Positions 51,601-64,000 of a stretch of 64,000 nt of DNA are shown piece by piece. Each line of letters begins with the position of its first letter. Position 1 is the stretch's first letter. The stretch is taken from the NCBI GenBank assembly GCA_040954595.2, contig CM082597.2, forward strand, positions 1,470,886 to 1,534,885, read 5' to 3'. Source of the stretch: Balanoglossus misakiensis. Taxonomy: Eukaryota; Animalia; Hemichordata. The position numbers were made by a program, and so were the translations under genes. The notes beneath the pieces are model-generated. The model did not search any database. It was not told the origin of the DNA and was given only the letters and a program-made list of their open reading frames with translations.

Positions 51601-54600
51601 GTCCAGTAAATTCTGAGTGTTTGATCATCGATGACAATCCCGTTGGGCCAACGGATGTTATCCCGGATAATGATTTCCGTGTGGTTGCCATCCATGTACG
51701 CTTTCCGGATGTGTGGTTCATCTCCCCAGTCAGTCCAATACATGTACCTGCAGGACAGGTCAAAGGTCAATACAGCCATGGTCTTTTATCATGGTATAAG
51801 AAACATCCATGCTTTGGGAACCCACTGGTAATGTTCTTGCATGAAGTTATAATCAAGCAATGGGCTACCAGTATTAGTTTATTGAACAGAGCATGATGTA
51901 GTATCTCAGAAAACATATAACACCATCAAAGGAATATTGACACCTACCCTCTTGCTGGATCTATAGTCAAAGCCCTCGGATTATCCAAGAAATGAGATTC
52001 ATTGAACAGCATTCTACGATTCATTCCGGTCTTCCTGGCCACTTCCACCTTTTTGGTGCCGGAATCGACCCAGTAGATGTTATCCGCCTGCCAGTCATAT
52101 GCAATGGCTTCCACTGTATCCAAACGACCGGACACAATTACCTCGTGTTCACCACTTCCATCAAGACAGTATCTCTGCATGACAGAAATGTTGCACAAGT
52201 CTTATCAATCGTCACAATTCATTGTACCTTAAATAGGTTTTGGCCACCTAGGTAAGTGATAAAAATCTCGTGGTTGACAGAATTTCAAGATGGCAGCTTT
52301 CTATGTTTAATGAATTAATGAAATACAGGTAACATATCATCTCAAACTCTTTCTGAACTGCTTCATGGTTAATAAAATTACAATAATCTGCAGTTCAGGG
52401 ACTAAAAGGTTTAAAATTCAAGGATTTTTAAAAACTATGCTCTCAGGAAGAATATTACCTTGATGCAATCTTGAACCATATCTGCCCAGTAGACACAATT
52501 ATCACTATAATCAAAATCAACCGCTATGGCATTTTGAAGACCCACTAAAGGTAAAGTTTCCTGTCGGTTTTCACCAAGTATGTATCGCTTGATCTCGGTG
52601 CGCATGGCATAAAGAAGAAACTCTGGCTTTTCTGGAAAATGAGGAAAGTTAAGACTTCTTGATTACTGTCAGGAAAAGAGGATGTTCTTATGTGTGTTTG
52701 TATGCTTTAATTTGTTTATGGAAAATAAGAGATATGGTTCGAATTTTTTAAATCTGTTTGATGATGTAAAGTTATCCCCCCTTACCAGCCACGGGACAAG
52801 AGACGAGATCTGCTTCATATACATTCTCTTCACCTCCATGACACATGTCTCCAGAGACTTTACGATACCTTCGAACAAAAGCAAGAAAAGACATGAATTA
52901 TGACATTATAATATTACCAACAGAACTGGACTACTGCTATAGTAAAACCTGTCTAAACCGGACAACAAAGAAATGTGTTTGGGAAACTACAATCTCTTTA
53001 AATCCAACATCAGTTCAACTTACCCTCTACTCCGTCTGTAGAATGTCCCCTCTGGACAAGGTACCGGAACTGCATGGGGATCTATGCCACTATCCTCATC
53101 CGGATTACAAACACCACTCCATATGTCATGCTCTCGGAAACCAAAGTCACTGGGAAGACAGATAAATTACAGAGTTTGTATAAAAGGCTGTTGTGAGTAT
53201 TAACATACATACATACACTGTAGCACAGTCAAATAAGCAACTACCACATACAACCTACCATTCAAAATCCTCTCTTGTACATATGCAATACTCTTCTAAG
53301 ATTGGTCTGTCGTAATCCTCTCCATTGAAACATTTAGCATGGGCTATACGTCTCTCGAAAGTCTGCTTGCTACCCATCAAGCATTCTGAAAGTTGGCCAG
53401 GTCTTTCTTGTCCTGGTGACCACAGCTTGTAGTCTTCTGGTCCACATTGTGTCTTTTCTGTTGCAGGTAAATAACAACAGATCAATAACAAAACACAGAT
53501 CTCAGATAGATCAAAAATTAAATGTACAAACTGTAAAGATTGAGATTTATACTGTTCAGGCAGAACTTACCAAATATGGATGACAGATTGACCTGCATGA
53601 TCAGCCACGTGTGTTGGACGCCAACCTTGGAACCGAAGAGTGTGAACACTGTCGTGTGTTCTCCCGGTTCTGTCATCAGACCGTACACTTGGATTTTGTA
53701 GTCAATTCCCGGAAATTTCATTGTGGACCAGGTCTCGCCTTCATTCCAGCTGTACCTGAATGCAGACACAGCACAGAAATACAACTATCAGCTTATGTTT
53801 TCAGTATTTTTGTTTTTTGTATCTACTGTATATTTCTTGTTCTTGCTGTATGTGAACTAGAGGTATAAAAGACAACTGAGGACTTACTTGATAGAGTCTA
53901 CAGGACTGTATTGTCTGACGGCTACAATTAAGCCACCATGATCACCGAAGGTGAAAAAGTAGTTGGATTCCAACACCTCAAACCATGTCACACCAGCTGT
54001 TGTGGACAAAAACACAGCAGGGTCTTCTTGCATGGTTTCTCCGATGGATCCCGATGCCATGATGAGACCCGGGGCTGACTCTTTGGAAAGCAGGGGTGGT
54101 CTCCTTGTCCCTGGGTACAACATGCTGTACTTCTGGCTGAGGTGAAGTGAACAGTTCGGGTTCTGCAGAGGAAAGACGCATTATTATTCTCTTATACAGA
54201 CCAATAGCAAACTACAACTAACCTTGAAACGACATTATTAAGGTCTAAACCTTGCTTACCCTGTTACACTCAGCAAGCACGTTCCCTTCTCTGTCCCGCG
54301 AGGGAGCCTTCACCCTTTCCCACAATCCACCTTTGTCGAACGTGATCACGGAAACCATGTTGTTTTCGTGGAAACCTTTGGTGGTGTCATTGAACTGTGA
54401 CACGATGTAAATACCTCGCAGGCCTTCTACCTTGTGAATTTCGGCAAACGGTTCATCGGCATAATAACTGAAACAAATGGAACATAAATGTTATGATAAA
54501 TATTTATACTATTCTGTCAACATACTTACTCCAGAATAATGTCACACACTGACTTCTGCAGAAGTCTATGGTCACTAATACATTGGCTTCACTTTGAGTC

Positions 54601-57600
54601 TGAATTCATGATGACTGCTTGGGGGCCCTAGACTTATGAAAAGGGTGTACTGCTTACCTCAACCATGTATCTTTGCCAGGTCCCTCTGGGCTGTAATAGA
54701 CAACGTTCTCCAGTGATAGAGAGAAGCTGATCCCGGCTGATTCAGAGATGTACAAATGAGTGATGCTGTCATTCTTGTTGTGATTCACACAAACGAAGAC
54801 TTGATGTTCAGATGCATCCGCGATGTAGAAATCCTAGTGGACAGCAAATAGTAAACTTATACCATCAAAATGCCAGGATGTAAAGGTCACATAGGGGTCA
54901 AGAAAATGGCCTATTGCACCACTGAGTGTAGTTTGAACTGTGTGTTACACAGTTTCAGAAAAATGAATACAGCAACTTTTGACTGTTTATAGTAAGGGTT
55001 AAAATCCCTTGTGCGGACAGTCCTCGTCACACAGAACTGGACTCACCAGTTTTTCAAGTCTTGAAGGAAACTGGGCTTCTTCGAAAGCACCTCTCTCATG
55101 AGACACCCAGAGAGATAGAGTTGTCCTTTGGGTGGGCCGACTGTTCCACCATGATGTCTGCAATGAATGAACACACAAATTCATACACGTTTTCTGCAAA
55201 TCTGCACTCAACAGTTAATAACCCTTTCATCATCAAATTTTGGTTTAACCCCAGAGTTTCTGCTTGTGATAGGACCAACATACATTAAAAAGGGGGAGGG
55301 GTAGAGGGATTATAAGGTGAAAGCTTACTGGTGAAACGGCTTTGGTAGCAAACAAATATTCCCCCATCACTTCAAAATCTTCGACATCAGCAATGAGTTC
55401 GTGATCGACGCTCTCTTCATCAAAGTAATCATCAGAGTAAATAACAGTTGACCTCCGACCTGGCTCTTGTCTTTCAACATACACTCTTGACAGTGGATCA
55501 TGTCCTTCGATACCCCTGCAAGACAATAAAATCTCATACAGTCAGACATGTGTTAGTGGCCACCCCTATATAGTGGCCACTTTGTCACAGTGTGCAATTT
55601 ACATGTGCATTAATTGACCTGTCTATAAAGGCCAGTTGAGGAAAGGCCCTTGACTGGCCACTATAGATAATTTTCCCACTTACCACCAGTAGGACTTCAC
55701 ATTCGCTTGCATGACATGCCAGGTTTGACCGAAATCTTCAGACTTCCACAGCTATCAAAAGGAAAGAAAGTTTGATGGGTTATTAAGCAAGTCATCAAAA
55801 TTCATCAGTGAGGTAGGGTCCCTATCCTATCTCCAAAAGAACCCATCACTGCCAAACTAAAACTCGGGGCACCAAATGACCACTCACCCTTTTCGTCGTG
55901 TCCTCAGAATCCATCCCCAAGACGATATTGGCAGCTGATTTGTGGATGGAGAGCATGGTTGGCCGAAATCCCGGCCGCACATTTCTGAATGATGACCGGT
56001 CATTGATTGTTCCCAGCCAGATTTCAGAGTGGATGACATCGGTGAAAATATACTGTAACAGAGAAAACAAAATATGTGATCTTTTAGTCACTGATTAAAA
56101 TGTAGCAGGTTTCACTGATTAAAATGTCCATGAGACTAGACATTACATTTGGAAGCAAACACAGTTAGATACTAGAGTATAATTTACCCGGCTATTATCT
56201 CCCTCGCTGTGGTAGAACTTGTCGATGATGGAGTTCGTTCCATCATGCAGTTTCATCATTCCCTGCTTGGGTTCAAAGGTCGCGCCATAGTCTGTTGAGA
56301 CGTACACCTGACTGGTTGACTCCTCGCTTGGTTCCATGTCTCGGGTCAGTGCTATGATGACATCACTACCAGCCCCAGCCCAGTGTACTATCATCTCATT
56401 GTGGTGGTCATCGTCCAATTGGAACGTTGTCTGCCAAGAAAAACAAGAATTTTTTATGTGTTAATTAACATAGCACACACCTCAAAAATCAAACTTTTTC
56501 TCTCATATTTCTGCAGCCAAACTGCTGTGCTAACATTTTACCCAGAAACCTGTCCATTTCATGAAGTGATATTCTATCAGCCATGTCAGACAACTAGGTA
56601 CCTTCCTATTAAAAACCTCAGAATGGACTGAAGTGGTATTCTTGAAACCTAAGACATTAAACTCTTTAAAACATGTCCATACAAGATTGGTTCAAACCGA
56701 AAGAGGCAACTATTTCAGACATTAATTTTTACACCAGCAAATGAACAATGCAGTACAAACATATGTGGGAGGTCAGGTCAGTGGGGTCAGGTAGTGTGTT
56801 ATTCAGTTACCGGTAGGAGTGTTGCACACCCCAGCCACATCACAGTACATGTAATAGCCACAAAGGGTGGATCGTGGTTTCAGGTTCAATTTCTCTCTGT
56901 CGCAACCTGCATGTAACTAACACTCCCCCTAACACATGTTAACACAGTACACCACCATCCCATATTTGTCACAGCACAAGCTACATTTCTAGGTCAAAAA
57001 GGTCAACCCCATACTGCGCTACCATTCCAAACTTGTAAGTCAAGTGACATTTCTGGGGCAAATGTTGATTGCATACTGGGCTATATGTAGCACACAATTT
57101 CAAGCACTTATACTAGTTTCAGATCAAATGTTATTAAATATGTATGAAATGGGGAAAACAATGTTTCATCCATTATGCTACAACAAGGAAGGATTGTAAG
57201 TCAGTTGTTGTATTTTCAAGAAGAGACCAGAATTAATAGGGGGTCTGAATTTGATCTACACACCCTCGGTGTGACACAACTGCAATTCTCACAAACAAAC
57301 TGCCCTGTTAATGCACATCATCTCCAGTAGTTCTGACTTCCTTGCAGACAAACATGGCGTGATGTATTACTAATTACTTCCTTATACATTACAAAAGCAG
57401 ACTGAATATTTCCTTGACAATTACTTGAGCAGATAATACGTCACTGTCTATAAGTGACAAAATAGATTACTTTACAAGAGAAAAGTGAACACTTTATATA
57501 CTGTACAGCTTTTGTGAGCATTGGTAATGGAACTTTATCTAGATCTTTTACAATTACAAGTGAAAATCTATCAGGTGTTCTGTTGCAATGTTATCACACT

Positions 57601-58466
57601 TTTTATGTCTATTTCACGTTCATTCTGAATAAAGAAAAGCGTGATTATTGGAAACTAGGATTTCAGCAAATGTGACATGACGCTATGCAGGTCAGTCACA
57701 TAAACATGTAAAACAATAAAAACACTGGTAATCATGGCGATGGTATGTTTATAAAAACAACCATATCCCAACACACAACCAATGTGCGCAGTTGTCGATA
57801 TCACGTGTGAATGATGTCATTGTGTTGTTTATCAACAGAAAAACGCCATCACAGTGAAATGAACACAATATGTCAGCGTGTACCAGATAGTCACTGTTCT
57901 GTTCTAAGCGTGGAAAACGATCACAGTGTATTAAATATGCCTTTAATAATATTTCTGGCATCGTTGGCACTTATTTTAAGAAAATGCGGGTTTCGCAGCG
58001 TACGCGTATGCGTAAAGCCTAAAGGTCATGCGAGTACACAACACGGTACCAAGTCACTTCCTGGTACGGATGGATGTTTGGAATTGAACCGTGACAGGGT
58101 CGAACACGACCCGGAGAACGATTGGAATTAAAGACATATTAACTGTGTGTATTTCTGTGTGACTCTTGCGGTATTTTGATCAACAAACAGAGAGACTGCA
58201 CTTACAACAGAAGGGGATGCCCCTCCTCCGCCATCCGCTGGGTTACCTGCTGTATCACGCACTACCCTCGACAGCGATTCGGCGATGAAATTATCGGCGC
58301 TCAGTCCTTCCTTAGCGCGAAACCGCCAGTAACCTGCTCCTAAGTCACGTTCATTGCTATCGGGGGCTATGTGCAACGTCTTGGCAGTGGTACCGAACCG
58401 CCTGCCGTCGACGAAAGGCACGGTTGCGATAAAACACAAGAAGGCAAGCTTCATCACATCCGCCAT
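42403..58466 (-). CDS. SORL1: Sortilin-related receptor SORL1/SorLA orthologue, 40 coding exons, ~2184 aa
   Basis: Exons read by eye (minus strand, all GT-AG): 58206-58466, 56188-56430, 55888-56052, 55684-55751, 55329-55515, 55047-55157, 54658-54833, 54260-54467, 53888-54162, 53571-53755, 53259-53457, 53024-53149, 52786-52868, 52459-52631, 51948-52174, 51495-51747, 51226-51364, 50834-51025, 50456-50569, 50209-50325, 49899-50027, 49509-49649, 49134-49397, 48778-48960, 48222-48506, 47864-47978, 47443-47630, 47098-47207, 46730-46840, 46293-46359, 46065-46159, 45785-45875, 45104-45303, 44809-44992, 44360-44463, 43869-44067, 43472-43587, 43154-43349, 42654-42863, 42403-42467. Sum is 6555 nt, divisible by 3. 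Domain order: signal peptide, VPS10 ([14 protein letters not shown][FW] Asp-boxes), 10CC, YWTD propeller, EGF, 9 LDLa, 6 FN3, TM, then FANSHY and [11 protein letters not shown] tail motifs. Confidence 0.97.
42889..42982 (+). mobile_element. ~93-bp piggyBac-type MITE, copy 1
   Basis: TTAA-CCCTTTC...GATAGGG-TTCAA. Homologous to the copies at 43742 and 46472. Confidence 0.7.
43742..43834 (+). mobile_element. ~93-bp piggyBac-type MITE, copy 2
   Basis: TTAA-CCCTTTCA...GTGAATGGG-TCAA. Same internal TGGTCCAAAA..TTTTCT..TGGACC as copy 1. Confidence 0.7.
45485..45690. repeat. Compound (TG)n/(TATG)/(TA)n microsatellite
   Basis: Directly visible. Source of the spurious VCVC/HTHT ORFs. Confidence 0.95.
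46472..46564 (-). mobile_element. ~93-bp piggyBac-type MITE, copy 3 (inverted)
   Basis: TTAA-CCCTTTCACC...GGTGAACAGG-TTAA with TTAA on both sides. Interior is the reverse complement of copies 1 and 2. Confidence 0.75.
48012..48076. repeat. (GAAT)n microsatellite flanked by AAAT/AAAC units
   Basis: Directly visible, in a SORL1 intron. Confidence 0.95.
49701..49890. repeat. 35-bp minisatellite, ~5.4 copies
   Basis: ACCCCCTAAG recurs at 49721, 49756, 49791, 49826 and 49861. It fills most of a SORL1 intron. Confidence 0.92.
50609..50725. repeat. (CAT)n/(CACCAT)n plus CA-rich microsatellite
   Basis: Directly visible. Source of the poly-His and DG-repeat ORFs. Confidence 0.93.
55537..55672. mobile_element. 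Degraded MITE-like relic with repeated TAGTGGCCAC / TGGCCACTA motifs
   Basis: Starts TACAGTCAGAC (TA-CAGT, Tc1/mariner-like end). Direct and inverted TAGTGGCCA copies. The right terminus is unclear. Confidence 0.3.
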
Positions 58467-59781
58467 CTTTAAAACCTGATAACGCTACATGTGAGAGTGA
58501 GAAATTGATACTACGCGTATCATAATATAATCCGAAAGTCTTTCAGAAATAACCACACTGCTTGAGTACCAAATAAAATAAAATTATACTAATGCAAATT
58601 GAGTATTATTCCTAAGAAATTAGTACCAATTTCATCGCTCATATCCCCAGAACATAATACAAGATGTAATTTTGTAACATCTCGCGTATTGATATGTCCT
58701 CAAATGGAAAGTTGGTCCTACTTTTGATCTCGAAGTGAAACAGGTGACCTGTGAACGAAAAGTGTTTTTCTATCATTTTCGTTGGACTATTGCGGCTAAA
58801 TTTGATATATTTTAACCAATAACTAAGTAAATCTGGTAATGATTGGCGTCGCATATAAAGGATAATCCTAATAGACCACAACACGCATTAAGAAGAAGCG
58901 CGCCCGCGAGTTCGGGAAACTTTTCAGGGCCTTAGTCAGGGAAGTCGGGAAAGAAAGTTGCGGGTCTAAAAGTTTGTCAATATAAATGTAGACTGAGTTA
59001 GTGCTCCGTTGAAGGGAAGAATCAAGCGCGTCTAGTGGACACTGTATTTAGATTGGAGCCATGTTCTAGACCTACAGTTTGTCGCAAATGTAATCAGGAA
59101 TTTTGTAGGTCTAGGCCCGATCAAGCAACTTCACGTTGAAGACGCGAATGCGCCGCACAAAACTTTGCGAAGTTGTTTCCATAACATGCCCACCGAGCTT
59201 GATCTTCTGTATCGCTCTACTGTTTTAATTATCTATCCAGCCTAAGATTATCACATGTACGTAAAATAACACCCAGCAAGTCGGACAGCACTGGACCATG
59301 GCGCTGTGCTCTGCGAAAGCGCACAGACTTGGCTTGGCCTGCATGCAAGTCAATCTGTAGCATAGTGACTGTATGTTCAATCATGTGTAGTCGGGGAGAC
59401 TATAGGGCGTCCGAAGAACGTCATTGGTGCATGCCCGTGAATTCAAGTTCATGTTGTCATAGAAAAAAAAATTGACACACTACAGAGTTTAGTTTTTATC
59501 ACACGTGATTTAATTTTAGCAAAAATCAGACTACATGAAGAATATTCGTCAAATTAACTTTACAAAAGAGAATGCGAGATAAAAAATCAACATGTTTGAA
59601 GTTTGCTTCGAATGTTGAAATGTTCAATTTACAATTCGTGTCCGATCACTTGCTTAAGAAGGCGGCTATCGATGATGACAGTCTCAAGCTCTTAAACTAA
59701 GACAGTAGAACACAGTTCTGTTTTCTTGGTTTGAAAACACACAAAAGGATATTATTGAGGCAATATCAATTTACACGGCGT

Positions 59782-61467
59782 TTAATCTTTCGCCTGAATC
59801 CGATCGAACGCCAATTTTGCCACTTCTTTCCGCATGATCTTGCCAGTTACTGTTGTCGGAAAACTGTCGAAGAACAAAATATACTTCGGAAGATACAACG
59901 GATCGAGCTTTTTCTTTAAGATTTCCAAAATTTCTTCCTTTGTGCATGCTGCACCTTCGTGGAGAACAACGCATAGGCAAATTTCGCTGACCATTTCCTC
60001 ATCTGGCACGGCTACAGCCTGACACAACTTTATTTTGGAATGAACAACAAAATGTCTCTCTATTGCCATTGGATAGATTTTCATAGCATTTTTTGTAATT
60101 CGGTCATCTTTCCTCCCCAAAACGCGAATTCTTCCATCCTCAAGCATGATTCCTACATCTCCAGTGATAAACCACCCCGATTCTGTTTTCGCGGCCTTTG
60201 TCTTCTCGTCGTCTCCCATGTAATGCGAGAAAACATTTGGACCACGAATGCAGATTTCTCCTTCGGTATTGATTGGCACAATTCTTAAATCGTCGTCAAC
60301 TATTTTGATCTCCGAATGTGGAACTGGGCGGCCAACTGTTGTGCATTTTTCGTCGATGGGGTCACTTGCCAGATGATACGTTAGAAGAAGAGCTTCTGTG
60401 CTGCCATATGTATTTTGTATGTTAGGTGTCAAGATTTCCCTCAATTTCTCTAGAATATAACCTGGCAAGACATTTCCTCCAATGAACGCCAAATTCATTG
60501 AGGAAAAGTCGTGTTTGTGTTCCAAGTTGGCTATCTGAAAACCAAGAGCAGGGTAAAAACTCGTGGAAGTGCAACGCTCTTTCTCTAGAACTCTGGTGAC
60601 TGAAGTAACATCAGCTGACTCTGTCATCACGAGACGGTCGCCCCCGACAACCATTGGCGCAAGCAACGCCTCTGTCACTATAGCATAGGCCGGTATGCAA
60701 TGAAGATGACATCCAGACTTGTCTCCATTCAGCTGGGCATGTGTAGCGTGTATTAAAATATAGGATTGCACCAAAGCATGATGGGTGTGAACGACTGCCT
60801 TGCTCATACCCATACTGCCAGAGGAATGAAGTATCATGGCGTGGTCGTCTGGCTGTATGTCTACTTGTACGCTCTGAAGTTGTGAGCGTGATGGAGACAT
60901 ATTGATGACGTCATGGAGAGAAAACCAGGCGCTTTCTTTCTGTGTCGAATCCACACTGATGAAACAACGGACACTTGGAAGTGGTCCAGAAGAACTCAGA
61001 CCAGAGGCTTTTCCCACTTCGGGAACTATCTCAGAAATCACAGGAAGATGGTCATCATCAACTACTAGTGCAACACAGCTGACTCTATTGATTTGTGTTG
61101 CAAGACCCTCGGCCGGTAGCACCGTATGAAGTCGAACTGCGACCAAACCAGCTTTAGCCGCAGCCAAGTAAGCCACGATGTACTCGTATCTCCTGCCAAG
61201 AACAAGTCCCAGCCTTTCGCCCTTTTGCAGACCGAGTTTCAATAAGCCAGAAGCGAATCCATCCACTTGACGCCTCAATTCTTTAAATGTTACCCGCTTG
61301 ACGGAACCATTCTTTCGGTAGTCAGTTATTGCTTCTCTGTCAGGATAACAATCACTTGTCAAATCAAACAGTTGACCGATGGTCTTTCCACAAAATCTCT
61401 GCTGGCCTGGCGTGTGGTAGTAGCTTCTAGTCAGCTTGGACATCGATGCAAGAACCTGTGCGGCCAT
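59782..61467 (-). CDS. AMP-forming acyl-CoA synthetase, ACSF2-like (ANL superfamily), ~561 aa, intronless CDS
   Basis: Motifs ILHSSGSMGMSKAV (A3 P-loop, degenerate), TYGSTE (A5), TVGRP, GEICIRG (A6), GWFITGDVG (A7), GRKDD.I (A8), FPTTVTGKI (A10 Lys). N-terminal SY.H......G.TIGQ resembles ACSF2. First ATG at 61467 (the track starts at TTG 61476). Confidence 0.9.
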   Translation of the reverse strand: MAAQVLASMSKLTRSYYHTPGQQRFCGKTIGQLFDLTSDCYPDREAITDYRKNGSVKRVTFKELRRQVDGFASGLLKLGLQKGERLGLVLGRRYEYIVAYLAAAKAGLVAVRLHTVLPAEGLATQINRVSCVALVVDDDHLPVISEIVPEVGKASGLSSSGPLPSVRCFISVDSTQKESAWFSLHDVINMSPSRSQLQSVQVDIQPDDHAMILHSSGSMGMSKAVVHTHHALVQSYILIHATHAQLNGDKSGCHLHCIPAYAIVTEALLAPMVVGGDRLVMTESADVTSVTRVLEKERCTSTSFYPALGFQIANLEHKHDFSSMNLAFIGGNVLPGYILEKLREILTPNIQNTYGSTEALLLTYHLASDPIDEKCTTVGRPVPHSEIKIVDDDLRIVPINTEGEICIRGPNVFSHYMGDDEKTKAAKTESGWFITGDVGIMLEDGRIRVLGRKDDRITKNAMKIYPMAIERHFVVHSKIKLCQAVAVPDEEMVSEICLCVVLHEGAACTKEEILEILKKKLDPLYLPKYILFFDSFPTTVTGKIMRKEVAKLAFDRIQAKD

Positions 61468-62422
61468 TTTTATCAACTGATAAACTTATGACTTACATGA
61501 ACCAATGCTGAAATGGACGGAAATATTGAATGTTAAAAACATTATCCTTGGACAACAGGTGTCATGGCAAGAATTTCCCATGGTACAAACTACATACTTA
61601 TAATCAACATTGTAAAGCTGAGAGCTACAATCCTGTCGTGGTGGACCTTTTATCGCTCTTTATTTATTGGAATATTGAGCAACACACTCCGTACACGATC
61701 GACCTAGCTTGCCCTTACAGAGAGGAAAAACTCAAATCCTTGCCTCGGTGACTTATGTTTTATACTTTTGAACAAATCACAACTATTTGAGTCTATGCCT
61801 AATCTTAACTGCCACGGCCTCAAGGGCAAAGCCTTATACAATATTACTTACCATAGATATGTTTTTAAGTTTTCGTCCCGTATCAAAGTGTGCAGACCAA
61901 CTAATGCGCATGCATGAAGAATACCCGAGCCTCACGTATGCAGTTCACCGACCGAACTGTGATAAAGTGGTGATTCTATCGATATCACCTCATGCATAAT
62001 GGTGGGTTGACCCTAGGCTTATTCATCATCTTGACGGAAGTATGTTGTACTGTGATGAATTTTAGATGTGGAAAAACCCCAGTCTTTTATTTCTATTTTT
62101 AAAATGCCCTGAAAATTCCACGGGATTTTATATATCTGTAGTATATCTGTTCGGTTTTGATTTGTTTGCGATCTCAAACATTCAAGCTTCTCCGAATTCG
62201 AAAGAAAGGGATCTGGTGTTTTGTTGGGGTGCTAGTCACCTGACAGAATACGGAAAACGGCGACGTACTGGTTTGTTTTATGGGGAGCATCAGCTACAGT
62301 TTCTGGCAAGCAATGTACGAGGGGTTGCTTTAGCTTTCGTGGTCTAAAAGGTTCTCTATAATTAAAGAAATAGACATTACAGGACACGTGGTAGTACATT
62401 TCTACCATGTTCATTCCAATAG

Positions 62423-63551
<1,129 letters not shown>

Positions 63552-64000
63552 GTAAGTACCCCAGTCCACTTCACAGAAACAGTCCACTTCACAGAAACTT
63601 TCCTACAGTAAGTACTTACCCCGTGGACTGGGATTTTATACACCCCCATCTGCTCCCCCCCCCCCCTCCCATACCCACCGACAAACTGTAATGAGTCATG
63701 ATTTATATACTAGTATAGTGAAGCTATACCACACCATGGAATGAAAATTGGGGTATAGTGAAGCTATACCACAATATTTTCCTAGGTGAGGTCTAACCCT
63801 TTATTTTAATTAGTAGTGGTATGGTCCTCTTGTACTGGGTTAGGTGGGCTGTTCCATTGTTGTTACACAGGGAGTGAAGCAACAGCTGGTTGGTGTCACA
63901 TTCACCGAATTTGAGGGGTGTCTTTTTGAGTTCATTGGTGATCCATAAGTCTAGTTGACTACTAGTAGAGTCTTTGGCATGTAAGCTTGCTTGTGTGACC

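Noticed and set aside
26330-55810. Several CTGATGA motifs as hammerhead ribozyme cores
   Set aside because: None is followed by stem II plus GAAA with matching stems I and III.
59295-59445. Cluster of short hairpins (GCGAAAGC, CTTCGG-type loops) suggesting a structured ncRNA or ribozyme
   Set aside because: Stems are short or imperfect, with no hammerhead, HDV, tRNA or snoRNA core. A CCAAT+TGACGT motif on the minus strand fits a SORL1 upstream element equally well. An Infernal/Rfam scan would settle it.
59782-61467. Luciferase or NRPS adenylation-domain interpretation of the ANL enzyme
   Set aside because: No carrier or condensation domain and no peroxisomal SKL tail. The N-terminal and A5-A10 contexts fit ACSF2-like ligases better.

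Overview
Eukaryotic (metazoan) genomic DNA with GT-AG introns. The gene set and style suggest a non-vertebrate deuterostome such as a hemichordate or echinoderm, but this is inference only. Bases 1-~22,340 are the end of a very homogeneous 88-bp tandem satellite (~252 monomers, running off the left edge). The ~240 '77-aa ORFs' in the track are artefacts of this repeat. The array shows phased A-tracts, several dyads, CpG excess, nested higher-order duplications (4-, 7-, 9-, 12-, 17-mers) and a divergence gradient toward its edge. Unique gene-dense DNA starts within a few hundred bp of the edge. In order it holds an intronless GT77-type (PF03407) glycosyltransferase, a 6-exon 3-Ig-domain protein with a GPI-type tail, an intronless FIGLA-like bHLH gene, a complete 40-exon SORL1 orthologue, an intronless ACSF2-like acyl-CoA ligase with a degenerate P-loop, and the first two coding exons of POLR2H (RPB8). 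Small MITEs and micro/minisatellites sit in introns and intergenic DNA. I found no CRISPR array, rRNA or tRNA, and I cannot support a genuinely new multi-gene system. The best leads are the satellite (possible centromere), its very sharp boundary with a promoter, and the atypical GT77 enzyme.
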